Shown here piece by piece: positions 1 to 7,539 of a stretch of DNA of 27,130 nt (its first letter is position 1; each line of letters starts with the position of its first letter). The position numbers and the translations under genes are program-made. The notes under the pieces were generated by a model. It did no database searches and had not been told where the DNA came from. It saw nothing but the letters and a program-made list of their open reading frames with translations. The stretch comes from a virus (lineage: Duplodnaviria; Caudoviricetes), in IMG/VR virus record IMGVR_UViG_3300005512_000274, positions 1 to 27,130 of that record. One strand, 5' to 3'.

Positions 1-123
1 ATATCACCTGCTAAATTACCAGTGATGGTGCCAGTAAATTCACTTGCGCCAGTTAAATCAACTGTGCCACCTACAGTTAATTGTTCTGTTGCTGAGAATT
101 CAGTTTCGGCGGTAACCATCGTG
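1..123. repeat. Terminal direct repeat (circular assembly overlap), left copy
   Basis: 1-123 (atatcacctg...ggtaaccatcgtg) is identical to 27008-27130; an ORF continues in frame across the join. Confidence 0.97.
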
Positions 124-749
124 CTGCCAGTAAGGAGAACGGCAGCATCTAATGCCACAGCAAACACACTATTAGCCGTAATATCAGTTGCTAATAAGCC
201 AGTTATTTGTGTGGTTGTGGTTAATGCACTGGATAATTCAAGTGCAGCACGACGGTCTACAGCAGAGTCAACTGCTAGTTCAGTGGTAAATTCAATTGCG
301 GTGTTGGTATTGTTTGTAACAGAAGCTGAGATATCAGCAGAGAAAGTGGAAGAAATGTCAAGTTCAGCACCATAAACTGGACTTCCTTGCGCACTCCAAC
401 TTGTTGCAAACCCAATATCAGCCAATGCTATTACATTTAGAACAGCTTGTGTGTCTAAAGTAAAATCACTGTTAACATCAATATCGCCTGTGCGCTGAGC
501 AAATACAGTGATATCTGCTGTCATAGCACCAGTTACTGACACTTCACCAATTACTGTTAATACAGCAACAGTTTCGTTAGTAAATTGCGCATTAACTGCG
601 AGTTCAGCACTGTGAGTTACACCAGTTGCGACTAATTCACCACTGATGGTAGAGGAGAACGCTGCGGTGATAGGTTGCCCTTCAACATAACCAGTGGCTA
701 CGTATCCTTCACTTACATATAGTGATAATTGGGCTTGTATCAGTGCCAT
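1..749 (-). CDS. 5' part of junction-spanning 315-aa Ala/Thr/Ser/Val-rich repetitive virion fibre/shaft protein (continues to stop at 26809)
   Basis: GGAGA RBS then ATG at 749 (MALIQAQLSLYVSEGYVATG...). Open to the left end; ATG at 119 equals 27126, the start of track ORF 26809..27126. ~20-aa periodicity. Missed by the ORF track. Confidence 0.85.
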   Translation of the reverse strand, partial: MALIQAQLSLYVSEGYVATGYVEGQPITAAFSSTISGELVATGVTHSAELAVNAQFTNETVAVLTVIGEVSVTGAMTADITVFAQRTGDIDVNSDFTLDTQAVLNVIALADIGFATSWSAQGSPVYGAELDISSTFSADISASVTNNTNTAIEFTTELAVDSAVDRRAALELSSALTTTTQITGLLATDITANSVFAVALDAAVLLTGSTMVTAETEFSATEQLTVGGTVDLTGASEFTGTITGNLAGD

Positions 750-767
750 CAGCGTTCTCCAGTTCTA

Positions 768-1160
768 TTAGTTTAGGCTAATAGTTAATGAACCAGTTGA
801 AATCTGGAAAGTGTCACCTGAACCAACTGACTTGCTGTTAGTTAATTCACCAACAAACAATAAGTTGCCAGCGTTGTCATAAACACCTGCGTGAGTGATT
901 GTGCCCCAGCTTGCGCTAGCAGTTGGGAACTGAACATCAGCAGAGTTAGCAGTAGCGCCTGAACTTGCAGCACTAAAAGTAACTGCGGTGCGAGCGTATG
1001 AACCGCCTGATACTTCAGTTACGGTGCCTGCTTCTGCGTCAGCAACAGCAGTAAATAAACCCACAGTCCATGAAGTTGGACGAGTGGCTGTGCCAGTGGT
1101 TAGCAGCCAGTTGACTACTAGATCTTCAGCGTGGTTAGTTGCAGCATTAGATGTTGCCAT
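768..1160 (-). CDS. Small virion structural/tail-fibre-associated protein, paralog of 2830-3207
   Basis: AAGGAG RBS; VGLFT...EVSGGSYARTAVTF...NSADVQFP..WGTITH pattern of a common phage structural family. Confidence 0.75.
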   Translation of the reverse strand: MATSNAATNHAEDLVVNWLLTTGTATRPTSWTVGLFTAVADAEAGTVTEVSGGSYARTAVTFSAASSGATANSADVQFPTASASWGTITHAGVYDNAGNLLFVGELTNSKSVGSGDTFQISTGSLTISLN

Positions 1161-1204
1161 GATATTTTCTCCTTACTATAATATCGTTTTTGTGGGAGGT
1201 TGGA

Positions 1205-1474
1205 CTATTCGTCTACAGGCTCCCACAAACCTGTAGTAGTATTTAGTGTATATTCGTTGCCGGGTTTTGGGGCAATAAAGGCATCAAGCTCACGATTGTA
1301 TGTGTAGCCAATGCCTGCGTAGTTCTTTCGTAGTGGACGATTTTCTGGATGTTCGTTGCCATATGTGTTATATGATGTTTGAACCCATTCACCTTCAAGT
1401 GTATTAATAAAGTCTTGTTCAGCAACAATAACTTGTGTGACTGTATCGTTTTCTATTAGTGCGTAGTGACTCAT
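1205..1474 (-). CDS. Small tail-fibre-associated/assembly protein
   Basis: MSHYALI...W.QTSYN...LRKNYAGIGYTY..ELDAFIAPKP motif, typically found right after glycine-rich fibre genes; ATGA overlap with the upstream gene. Confidence 0.7.
   Translation of the reverse strand: MSHYALIENDTVTQVIVAEQDFINTLEGEWVQTSYNTYGNEHPENRPLRKNYAGIGYTYNRELDAFIAPKPGNEYTLNTTTGLWEPVDE
1240..1245 (-). promoter_or_regulatory. Candidate TAAATA late promoter (internal to 1205-1474) for the 1160-to-TerL operon
   Basis: cTAAATA ctact A; Y-R step at +5/+6, followed by a leader hairpin and the RBS of 1160. Confidence 0.5.
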
Positions 1475-2355
1475 AGTGCGTATCTCACAATAACAATGCC
1501 TGAACCACCTTTATTGCCCGATTTTAGATCACCTGAACAATAGTAGCCACCACCACCGCCGCCGCCGGAATTAGCTAAACCAGCTGTGGCTCCAGCATTG
1601 GAATTGCCTCCGGTGCCTCCGCCACCTGTGCCACCTGTGCCAACTGTTTCGTAACACGGGCCGCCGCCACCACCACCACCAGCATAATAGTTTCCATTCA
1701 GCCATTGAACGCCATTGCCGCCATTGCCTGATGAAAATAAAGTTCCGTTTCCGCCAACAGCCCCGGCACCACCACCGCCTGCGGCTGATGCATACCCTGA
1801 ATCCAAAACTGATCCGCCGCTGTTGCCTTGACCGGGTGTTCCTGCTGCTCCGCTAAGATAACCTGCTGTGCCACCGCCACCGGATCCGCCAGTTGATGGA
1901 GGGTATCGCCCTGATCTTGACCCATACCCACCACCAACGGCAGTTAAATTAAATGCAGTTGAATTACCACCTTTATTAATTGATGATGCTGTGCTACCTG
2001 GTGCAGTGCCGCCAGCTCCAATTATAATTGAATAGTTGTTGTCGGTTAATGTGGCTATTCCGCTAAGATAGCCGCCAGCACCGCCACCGGATCCGCCTCT
2101 ATTTGAGGTATCCCCTTGGCCGCCGCCACCACCACCAGCAACAACGAGATATTCTACATCACCTGATCCAGTTACTGACAATGTGCCAGAAGTTGTAAAT
2201 GTGTGATAAGCATAACCGCCTGCTTCAGTATAGGTGCCACCAGATACGCTAAACGCTGCTTGAGCACTATAAACTTCAGTGCTACCCAAATACATCTTAG
2301 ACACAGTTTGTGTGCCTAAATGTATTGCTGCTATGTTTGAACTCCCAAGTTTCAT
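1471..2355 (-). CDS. Glycine-rich tail fibre/adhesin protein
   Basis: YHTFTTSGTL, VEYLVVAGGGGGG, YYAGGGGG and C-terminal GGSGIVIVRY motifs; N-terminal MKLGSSNI...MYLGSTEVY anchor. Confidence 0.8.
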   Translation of the reverse strand: MKLGSSNIAAIHLGTQTVSKMYLGSTEVYSAQAAFSVSGGTYTEAGGYAYHTFTTSGTLSVTGSGDVEYLVVAGGGGGGQGDTSNRGGSGGGAGGYLSGIATLTDNNYSIIIGAGGTAPGSTASSINKGGNSTAFNLTAVGGGYGSRSGRYPPSTGGSGGGGTAGYLSGAAGTPGQGNSGGSVLDSGYASAAGGGGAGAVGGNGTLFSSGNGGNGVQWLNGNYYAGGGGGGGPCYETVGTGGTGGGGTGGNSNAGATAGLANSGGGGGGGYYCSGDLKSGNKGGSGIVIVRYAL

Positions 2356-2657
2356 TCAGTAATTACGTATAATGTGTTTGTGTCTGGTGTAAGTGCATCA
2401 TATTGGGCTTGTGTAAGCGACACAATAGTGCTAACACTTGAACTTAATACACCGCCTGCGGCTGCTACATTAGTGGCATCAGTGACATCAGCACCTGCTT
2501 CAATACCAGCAAGTTTGGCACCATCACCCGCACTAAATTCCTGTTGAATAGCATTTACACTATCAGCCATAAGTTTAATATCAGCTCTGGCTAGTCCTGG
2601 ATTATCTGATCCAGCATCTAAATGTGTAGTTGAAATAGGTGTTGTGGGCCAAGTCAT
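2352..2657 (-). CDS. Short fibre adaptor/upper-fibre-like protein
   Basis: N-terminus paralogous to 11739-12188; KLAGIEAGADVT fibre repeat; C-terminal LTQAQYDAL...TLYVI motif. Confidence 0.65.
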   Translation of the reverse strand: MTWPTTPISTTHLDAGSDNPGLARADIKLMADSVNAIQQEFSAGDGAKLAGIEAGADVTDATNVAAAGGVLSSSVSTIVSLTQAQYDALTPDTNTLYVITE

Positions 2658-2660
2658 TGT

Positions 2661-2819
2661 TTATTCTCCCGAACTTTGTGTTTTTCGATATTCAGCCCAA
2701 CGAGCACTTAGTTCATTTGCTTTTTGTGTGTACACTACACTATTTGATGGTTCAGTGTTCTTAAAATAGTGTGCTAGCATTCTTAATGCGTTAATAGCTG
2801 ATGGTGTTGATAAATCCAT
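2661..2819 (-). CDS. Hypothetical 52-aa protein (not in ORF track)
   Basis: AAGGA RBS, ATG at 2819, MDLSTPSAINALRMLAHYFK...SSGE*, fills the gap between two genes exactly. Confidence 0.7.
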   Translation of the reverse strand: MDLSTPSAINALRMLAHYFKNTEPSNSVVYTQKANELSARWAEYRKTQSSGE

Positions 2820-2829
2820 ATCAGTTTCC

Positions 2830-3207
2830 TTAATCCAATGTTACGGTAATTGCACCAATCGCAATTGTAAAACTATTTGAACTATCAACTGTTTTATTTG
2901 TCATATTTCTTGCAAATAAAGCATTACCGCCAGTTGCTGCATCCATAATAGCCATTGACTTTGCAACATATTCATTTGTTGCTGTAAATGTAATTGCACC
3001 TGTATTAGCAACAACACCACCACTGGGTGCACCAAATGTTACTGCTTGACGGCTGTAACCGGCATCTGTTACTTCTGTTGCTGTGGCTGTGTCATCAATA
3101 GCATTTGTAAACAAAGCAACATACACAGTTGCAGGAGAACTGAGTGCAGTTCCGCGTAGCACATGGTTAAGTAGTGCTGTTTCTAAATAATCTGTAATAT
3201 AACTCAT
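2830..3207 (-). CDS. Small virion structural/tail-fibre-associated protein, paralog of 768-1160
   Basis: TDYLETALLNHVL, YVALFT, EVTDAGYSRQAVTF.APSGG..ANTGAITF. Confidence 0.75.
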   Translation of the reverse strand: MSYITDYLETALLNHVLRGTALSSPATVYVALFTNAIDDTATATEVTDAGYSRQAVTFGAPSGGVVANTGAITFTATNEYVAKSMAIMDAATGGNALFARNMTNKTVDSSNSFTIAIGAITVTLD

Positions 3208-4220
3208 ATTGTTCCTCCACCATCTGGTGTGTCTAAATTGCTCCAGTAATCATTTACATATTGTAGTTCGATCTGATGTCCATAACTTCCACTGAATAGA
3301 TTGTTAGGTCCAAGTGGTGAATAACCCATATTATTGTAAGATTGTGGTGTTCCATTTGCTGGATATATTCCATTAATCCATGCGTCAACGCCATCAATCG
3401 ATGCAACACTTTGTCCTAATACATTGGCATTTATGATACTGGTATCAGCCGGATCAAATGTTTTACCAAAAGTAAACCACAATCCACTGCTTATGCTTGC
3501 ACCTTCGGGACCAAATTGACGAATAAATGCGAGATTACCATCCCAACCACTTACATTTACATATGGTTCATTAGCAATAGGCCAAAACTCACCATTGTTA
3601 TTCCATGGAGTAAATGATAAATCTTCGACACCAATAAGTTGATATCCAGCACTTAAATTGTATATCGCCATTCTGGCTTGTGCATAACTTAAATTATCTG
3701 ATCCATAATTAGCAAATATCCCGGCATCATTTTCTTGTGTGCAAGCAAATATTTGTATCCATTGGCCAGCAAGTGAATGTGGTAATTCAATGTTACCGCC
3801 AGGATATCCAACATCAAAGCTGAATAACCATCCACCATTAACATTGTAATGTGTGCCATTGTTATCATTTCTTACTTGTAAATCACCATATTGCTCATTA
3901 CCATCGAGCTTTGTGTAAACACCACCAGTAATTTGACTATTACCGATCAAATTTGGGTCGGGTAATTTTACAATCCAACTAATTGCTAAACGATGAATAT
4001 CAAAATCTAGACTGGTTTTCCATCCGGTTAAATCAATAGTAGCTGAATCTGGTGCGCTGTTCCAATACACATTTCTATTTGAATCATTGGTTGAATAACT
4101 TGGTGTTACACCAGGCCATAGTGCTTGAAATGAGCCAGAACCGATTAGTTCTGGATTCCAATCCAATTCACCTGTGTTCCAACTTGCTGTATAATGTCCT
4201 GCTCTACCTAAACCTAACAT
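3204..4220 (-). CDS. Hypothetical beta-rich virion/receptor-binding protein
   Basis: AAGGA RBS; Trp/Gly/Asn-rich; embedded in the fibre cassette. Confidence 0.55.
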   Translation of the reverse strand: MLGLGRAGHYTASWNTGELDWNPELIGSGSFQALWPGVTPSYSTNDSNRNVYWNSAPDSATIDLTGWKTSLDFDIHRLAISWIVKLPDPNLIGNSQITGGVYTKLDGNEQYGDLQVRNDNNGTHYNVNGGWLFSFDVGYPGGNIELPHSLAGQWIQIFACTQENDAGIFANYGSDNLSYAQARMAIYNLSAGYQLIGVEDLSFTPWNNNGEFWPIANEPYVNVSGWDGNLAFIRQFGPEGASISSGLWFTFGKTFDPADTSIINANVLGQSVASIDGVDAWINGIYPANGTPQSYNNMGYSPLGPNNLFSGSYGHQIELQYVNDYWSNLDTPDGGGTI

Positions 4221-4230
4221 TGTGTATTCC

Positions 4231-5565
4231 TTATGCTATGGTAGCAAATTCTGGCGATACTGAAATAAAATGTAGATATTGATTCGTATCATATGTTTCG
4301 CCAATATCACTGATACTAACTGTAACCATTGTTACTGAATTTGCTGTAGTTCCAACAATATTATTTGAATTTGCATACAGATAAGTTGAACCAGTTGGTA
4401 ATGTTACAGTATGGCCACCAGTTGCATCTTGTCTAAACATTAGTGTAACTGTATCCATTGATCTATAATTTGCAATACCAATATAACCATTAAAGTTGGT
4501 AATTGTTAAATCTTGTGTTACTTCAATAAACGCAATTTGACGATCGTTCCACTTTGTAACTTCATAGTTAGCACTTGGATTTGATTGATAAGTTACTTCT
4601 TCATGGTATTGACTTAGTGTGCCTAATTTAACTTTGGCCTGATCATCATCGTTTTTTAAGAAGTAGTAGTTGTAATTGTTTCTTGCATCTGAGCTAATAC
4701 CACCATTATAATCGTTTCCACCACCATTGTATTGACCATTTGGATAGTTATGGATTAAATATAGGCTATCCGGCGACTGGCCTCCGCTAACACTAAATGT
4801 CAAACCTACGGCTCGTTCCCAGCTGCCATTAACTTGTAGGTCAGCATTTAATGCTGACCCATATCTAAATGTGCCGGTTGTGGATTTATTAGTAACACGA
4901 GCTGTTAGTGCATTAACAAAGTTTCTGTTTCTACTAGTGCCCAGTGCATCACCCACATCGTAGTTGTAGTATGCAATTTGTGCTGCACGATGTGTGTATG
5001 CATTTGAATTTACGGTGCTTCTACCACCTTCAATCATGCTGACACTTAAAGCACGCCCGCGATCTACTGTAGACGATCCGTCGGTAAAGATATTATATTT
5101 GGTAATATTCTGTGCATAGTATCTCCGATTAGTAGCGCCGTTTTCGGTGTAATAGTTGTTGGTTAACAGTGAGTGTCTAGACTCGTTTTCTGGATCGTAG
5201 TTAGTGCTCCATTCATTACCTGGGTCACCAGCAAAGCCATTACCAAATTTTAATTGGAATGGAAGTGGGCGTGTTGCAGTTTCAGTAATAGCTGTTGAAT
5301 GTGCAGCAATTTCATTGGTAAATGTCCAGTCACCGGTATCGCCGCCACCACCGCTTGCTGCTTGTAATTCTAAATTACCCGAAGTTGAGTTATATGTTAA
5401 AACATAACCATCTACCGGGTTTGCAATGTTGACATCAGATAAATCACCAATGCTTTCACCTGTAATGTTTTCTAGTTTGTCTGTGTTTAGATTGGTAAAG
5501 TTTGTGTCTAGTTCAGTATACGTAAGTTCTGAACCTTTACCACTGCGAGTAGTAATTGTTGTCAT
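4231..5565 (-). CDS. Tail fibre protein
   Basis: N-terminal TRSGKGSELT..ELDTNFTNLN anchor, DLSDV...DGYVLTYNSTSG repeat, C-terminal QDATGGHTVTLP domain; GGAG RBS. Confidence 0.75.
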   Translation of the reverse strand: MTTITTRSGKGSELTYTELDTNFTNLNTDKLENITGESIGDLSDVNIANPVDGYVLTYNSTSGNLELQAASGGGGDTGDWTFTNEIAAHSTAITETATRPLPFQLKFGNGFAGDPGNEWSTNYDPENESRHSLLTNNYYTENGATNRRYYAQNITKYNIFTDGSSTVDRGRALSVSMIEGGRSTVNSNAYTHRAAQIAYYNYDVGDALGTSRNRNFVNALTARVTNKSTTGTFRYGSALNADLQVNGSWERAVGLTFSVSGGQSPDSLYLIHNYPNGQYNGGGNDYNGGISSDARNNYNYYFLKNDDDQAKVKLGTLSQYHEEVTYQSNPSANYEVTKWNDRQIAFIEVTQDLTITNFNGYIGIANYRSMDTVTLMFRQDATGGHTVTLPTGSTYLYANSNNIVGTTANSVTMVTVSISDIGETYDTNQYLHFISVSPEFATIA

Positions 5566-5598
5566 TTAATAGTCTCCGCTGGCCAGCGTTTATGCTTT

Positions 5599-5604
5599 TA
5601 TTTA
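5599..5604 (-). promoter_or_regulatory. Candidate TAAATA late promoter for the fibre cassette
   Basis: ttttgcTAAATA aaagc A; immediately after a terminator and ~33 nt before ATG 5565. Confidence 0.65.
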
Positions 5605-5606
5605 GC

Positions 5607-5646
5607 AAAAACAAACGTGCCCCGTGAGTAGAACAGGGCACTTTTT
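5607..5646 (-). terminator. Intrinsic terminator, probably bidirectional
   Basis: GTGCCC...GGGCAC stem 5617-5641 with T-rich tracts on both strands. Confidence 0.7.
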
Positions 5647-5698
5647 ATAAGTAATAGTGCGGGTTGATACCATCCCGTATTCCTTTGTATAGACAGGG

Positions 5699-6250
5699 TT
5701 AGAACATTCGTTTTAGCCCTGTCGCTTTTTCTAGCCTACGATGTTGATCCAGTGTTTCTACTAAAACCACACGACGTAGGTCAGTTCGTATTAAATCTTC
5801 TAGTTCAATACCATATTTGCGTCGTGCTATTTTGGTAAGTCTGTGCTCGCTGGGGAATGCTCTCGCGGTTGAGTTGATGTCGCAGTGTATGCTTTCGTCT
5901 CTGCCCATTCTGGCTCCGTCAAAGCCAACAAGCCATATACGATCAAAACGGTTAAGAGCCCATAACCCAGCGTTATAACCTGATCCGTGTTCACTCGGGA
6001 TATAAAATGCTTTGTTAGCCAATCCTGGACGATCCTGAACGCTTTGATATAACTTTTCATCAGTAAAAACAATATGATCTGCTGGAACACCTTGCCAAGT
6101 TCTATTGGTAGCAATGATGTAGGTTTGTGTATTTACTGTGCCGTGCCAATCAATTAGTTTAATACTAGGCCCATTGCCTACAATAACAGCATGTGATTCA
6201 GCGTGTTCATCAGCATACTCATCAGTGGGTATGTAATAATTAATCATCAT
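5699..6250 (-). CDS. Glycosyltransferase-like protein (DUF115/MptE-like, CST-type sialyltransferase-like Rossmann fold)
   Basis: AVIVGNGPS, IIATNR, DHIVFTD, GSG..A, IWLVGFD motifs; likely start 6250/6247 overlapping the upstream stop rather than 6313. Confidence 0.6.
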   Translation of the reverse strand: MMINYYIPTDEYADEHAESHAVIVGNGPSIKLIDWHGTVNTQTYIIATNRTWQGVPADHIVFTDEKLYQSVQDRPGLANKAFYIPSEHGSGYNAGLWALNRFDRIWLVGFDGARMGRDESIHCDINSTARAFPSEHRLTKIARRKYGIELEDLIRTDLRRVVLVETLDQHRRLEKATGLKRMF

Positions 6251-6608
6251 CCTGCCATGGTAGAACAGGTTTTTCTGACAATTCAGCATCAACTGTAAGC
6301 GTGGGTTTGCCAATTAATCTGTCATACACAGTAGCAAATGCTTGTGCGTCACCAGTTTCAACAGCACGCTCTAACAGTTTAACTGCTGCATTGTTGAACA
6401 TTGCTACCCAACCAGCTGCTTGTGCTTGAACAACTTCTTCCATCATCTTTTTCATTTGACGACGCTTACGACGCTGTTCTAGATGATTAGCATACTCCTC
6501 GGGAGATAACTTTTCTAGATATTCGCGATATGGATTAATGCCTTTTTTCCACATCCGTGCTTGGAATACCGGGTTATCCTTCCATGAATTTCGTGATCGT
6601 TCACTCAT
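6240..6608 (-). CDS. terS: Probable terminase small subunit
   Basis: WKKGINPY N-terminal motif, helical core ...GD..A...YDRLIGKP, C-terminal LPW+acidic tail; no other TerS candidate next to TerL. Confidence 0.5.
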   Translation of the reverse strand: MSERSRNSWKDNPVFQARMWKKGINPYREYLEKLSPEEYANHLEQRRKRRQMKKMMEEVVQAQAAGWVAMFNNAAVKLLERAVETGDAQAFATVYDRLIGKPTLTVDAELSEKPVLPWQDDD

Positions 6609-6795
6609 CTGCTACTCCCCGTGCTGTGAGTGTGCTTTCTCCATTTACAAGTCGCTCTGCAAAATCAGCACAATTCAATATGTTGTGTACTTCTTGTTGA
6701 GTTAGAAGTAGGTTGGGTGTATAAGTCATTGTTTCTACATCATCTAGTTGGTCAACTGGATGTAGTTCGATGGGATCTGATTCTATGATGTTCAT
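6601..6795 (-). CDS. Hypothetical acidic 64-aa protein
   Basis: GAGG RBS; first gene after the TAAATA box at 6834. Confidence 0.7.
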   Translation of the reverse strand: MNIIESDPIELHPVDQLDDVETMTYTPNLLLTQQEVHNILNCADFAERLVNGESTLTARGVADE

Positions 6796-6832
6796 GTTTT
6801 ACCTCTTGTGAGTGATCCTAATAATAGTAAAA

Positions 6833-7189
6833 CTATTTATTATTATTTTTTCGACTCCATCTAGTATTAGCGGCTACTCTTGCTTGTGTGCTCATATGTT
6901 CACTGCGTAGAATAACTTGACTATTTGACTGTGTCCATGGCGAGTTGGGGTCACGGCGTGTCATACAATAATCTTGTGGCTTTCTACCACGCTGATGCCA
7001 GTGATCCTGCCATAGTTCACGCCATTGTTCAAAGGTGTATTCGTCATTCCAACCTTCATGTCTAAATCTTGCTTGATTGCGCTGTTGAATAAAAGCACGA
7101 TATTGTTCATGCACTACTGGATCTGTTCCAGTTACCCATGTGTGTGGTCTTGGTCCCGGTTTGCTTCCTCTTCGTGATTTAACCTGCAT
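6833..7189 (-). CDS. HNH-like (beta-beta-alpha) endonuclease-related protein
   Basis: QARFR..W..TFEQW..LW...RGR...YCMTR.D...PW...N pattern of a phage HNH-related family; catalytic residues look degenerate. Confidence 0.5.
   Translation of the reverse strand: MQVKSRRGSKPGPRPHTWVTGTDPVVHEQYRAFIQQRNQARFRHEGWNDEYTFEQWRELWQDHWHQRGRKPQDYCMTRRDPNSPWTQSNSQVILRSEHMSTQARVAANTRWSRKNNNK
6834..6839 (-). promoter_or_regulatory. Candidate TAAATA late promoter for the 6795/terS/glycosyltransferase unit
   Basis: aaTAAATA gtttt A, overlapping the stop of the upstream gene. Confidence 0.6.
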
Positions 7190-7358
7190 GTGTTACTCCA
7201 AACGCTGTATTTTTATAAATTTGTTCTGGTTCTGGTGTGTCGCACCAGTTGCATGGTTCTGACTGTAAATTTGTTATGATGTCTTGTTCTGGCACGCAGT
7301 AGTGTGACCATGATCCATCTGCGTTACGCCAGCTTATTGGGTTGTTTGTGTTGTTCAT
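7179..7358 (-). CDS. Hypothetical 59-aa protein with HxC...CxxC (not in ORF track)
   Basis: TAGGA RBS, ATG 7358, MNNTNNPISWRNADGSWSHYCVPEQD...PCNWCDT...; overlaps the start of the next gene. Confidence 0.65.
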   Translation of the reverse strand: MNNTNNPISWRNADGSWSHYCVPEQDIITNLQSEPCNWCDTPEPEQIYKNTAFGVTHAG

Positions 7359-7391
7359 TTTGTTTTCCTAAAAATAGTATATTTCTTTAAA

Positions 7392-7523
7392 ATGTTACTT
7401 TTTCGCCTAAAAAAAGTAACATGAAATCAGTGATGTTACTTTTTGTTTTTAGCACGATCAATGCATGTTTGACGCTTTTTACTACAAATACCTGCATGAT
7501 AGAAGCAGATGTTACGATGTTAC
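7392..7523. repeat. ATGTTAC iteron cluster, putative replication origin
   Basis: ATGTTAC at 7392, 7433, 7509, 7517 and inverted at 7416-7422; AT-rich gap directly downstream of the helicase gene. Confidence 0.65.
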
Positions 7524-7539
7524 TGTATTGAGCCATTTT

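Noticed and set aside
1540-2140. CCG/CCA triplet runs as a repeat array, CRISPR or DGR
   Set aside because: They are polyglycine codons of the fibre protein; no repeat-spacer structure, reverse transcriptase or TR/VR pair seen
5577-5588. 12-bp palindrome CGCTGGCCAGCG next to the RBS of 5565
   Set aside because: Single occurrence; may be a small leader hairpin but no independent support
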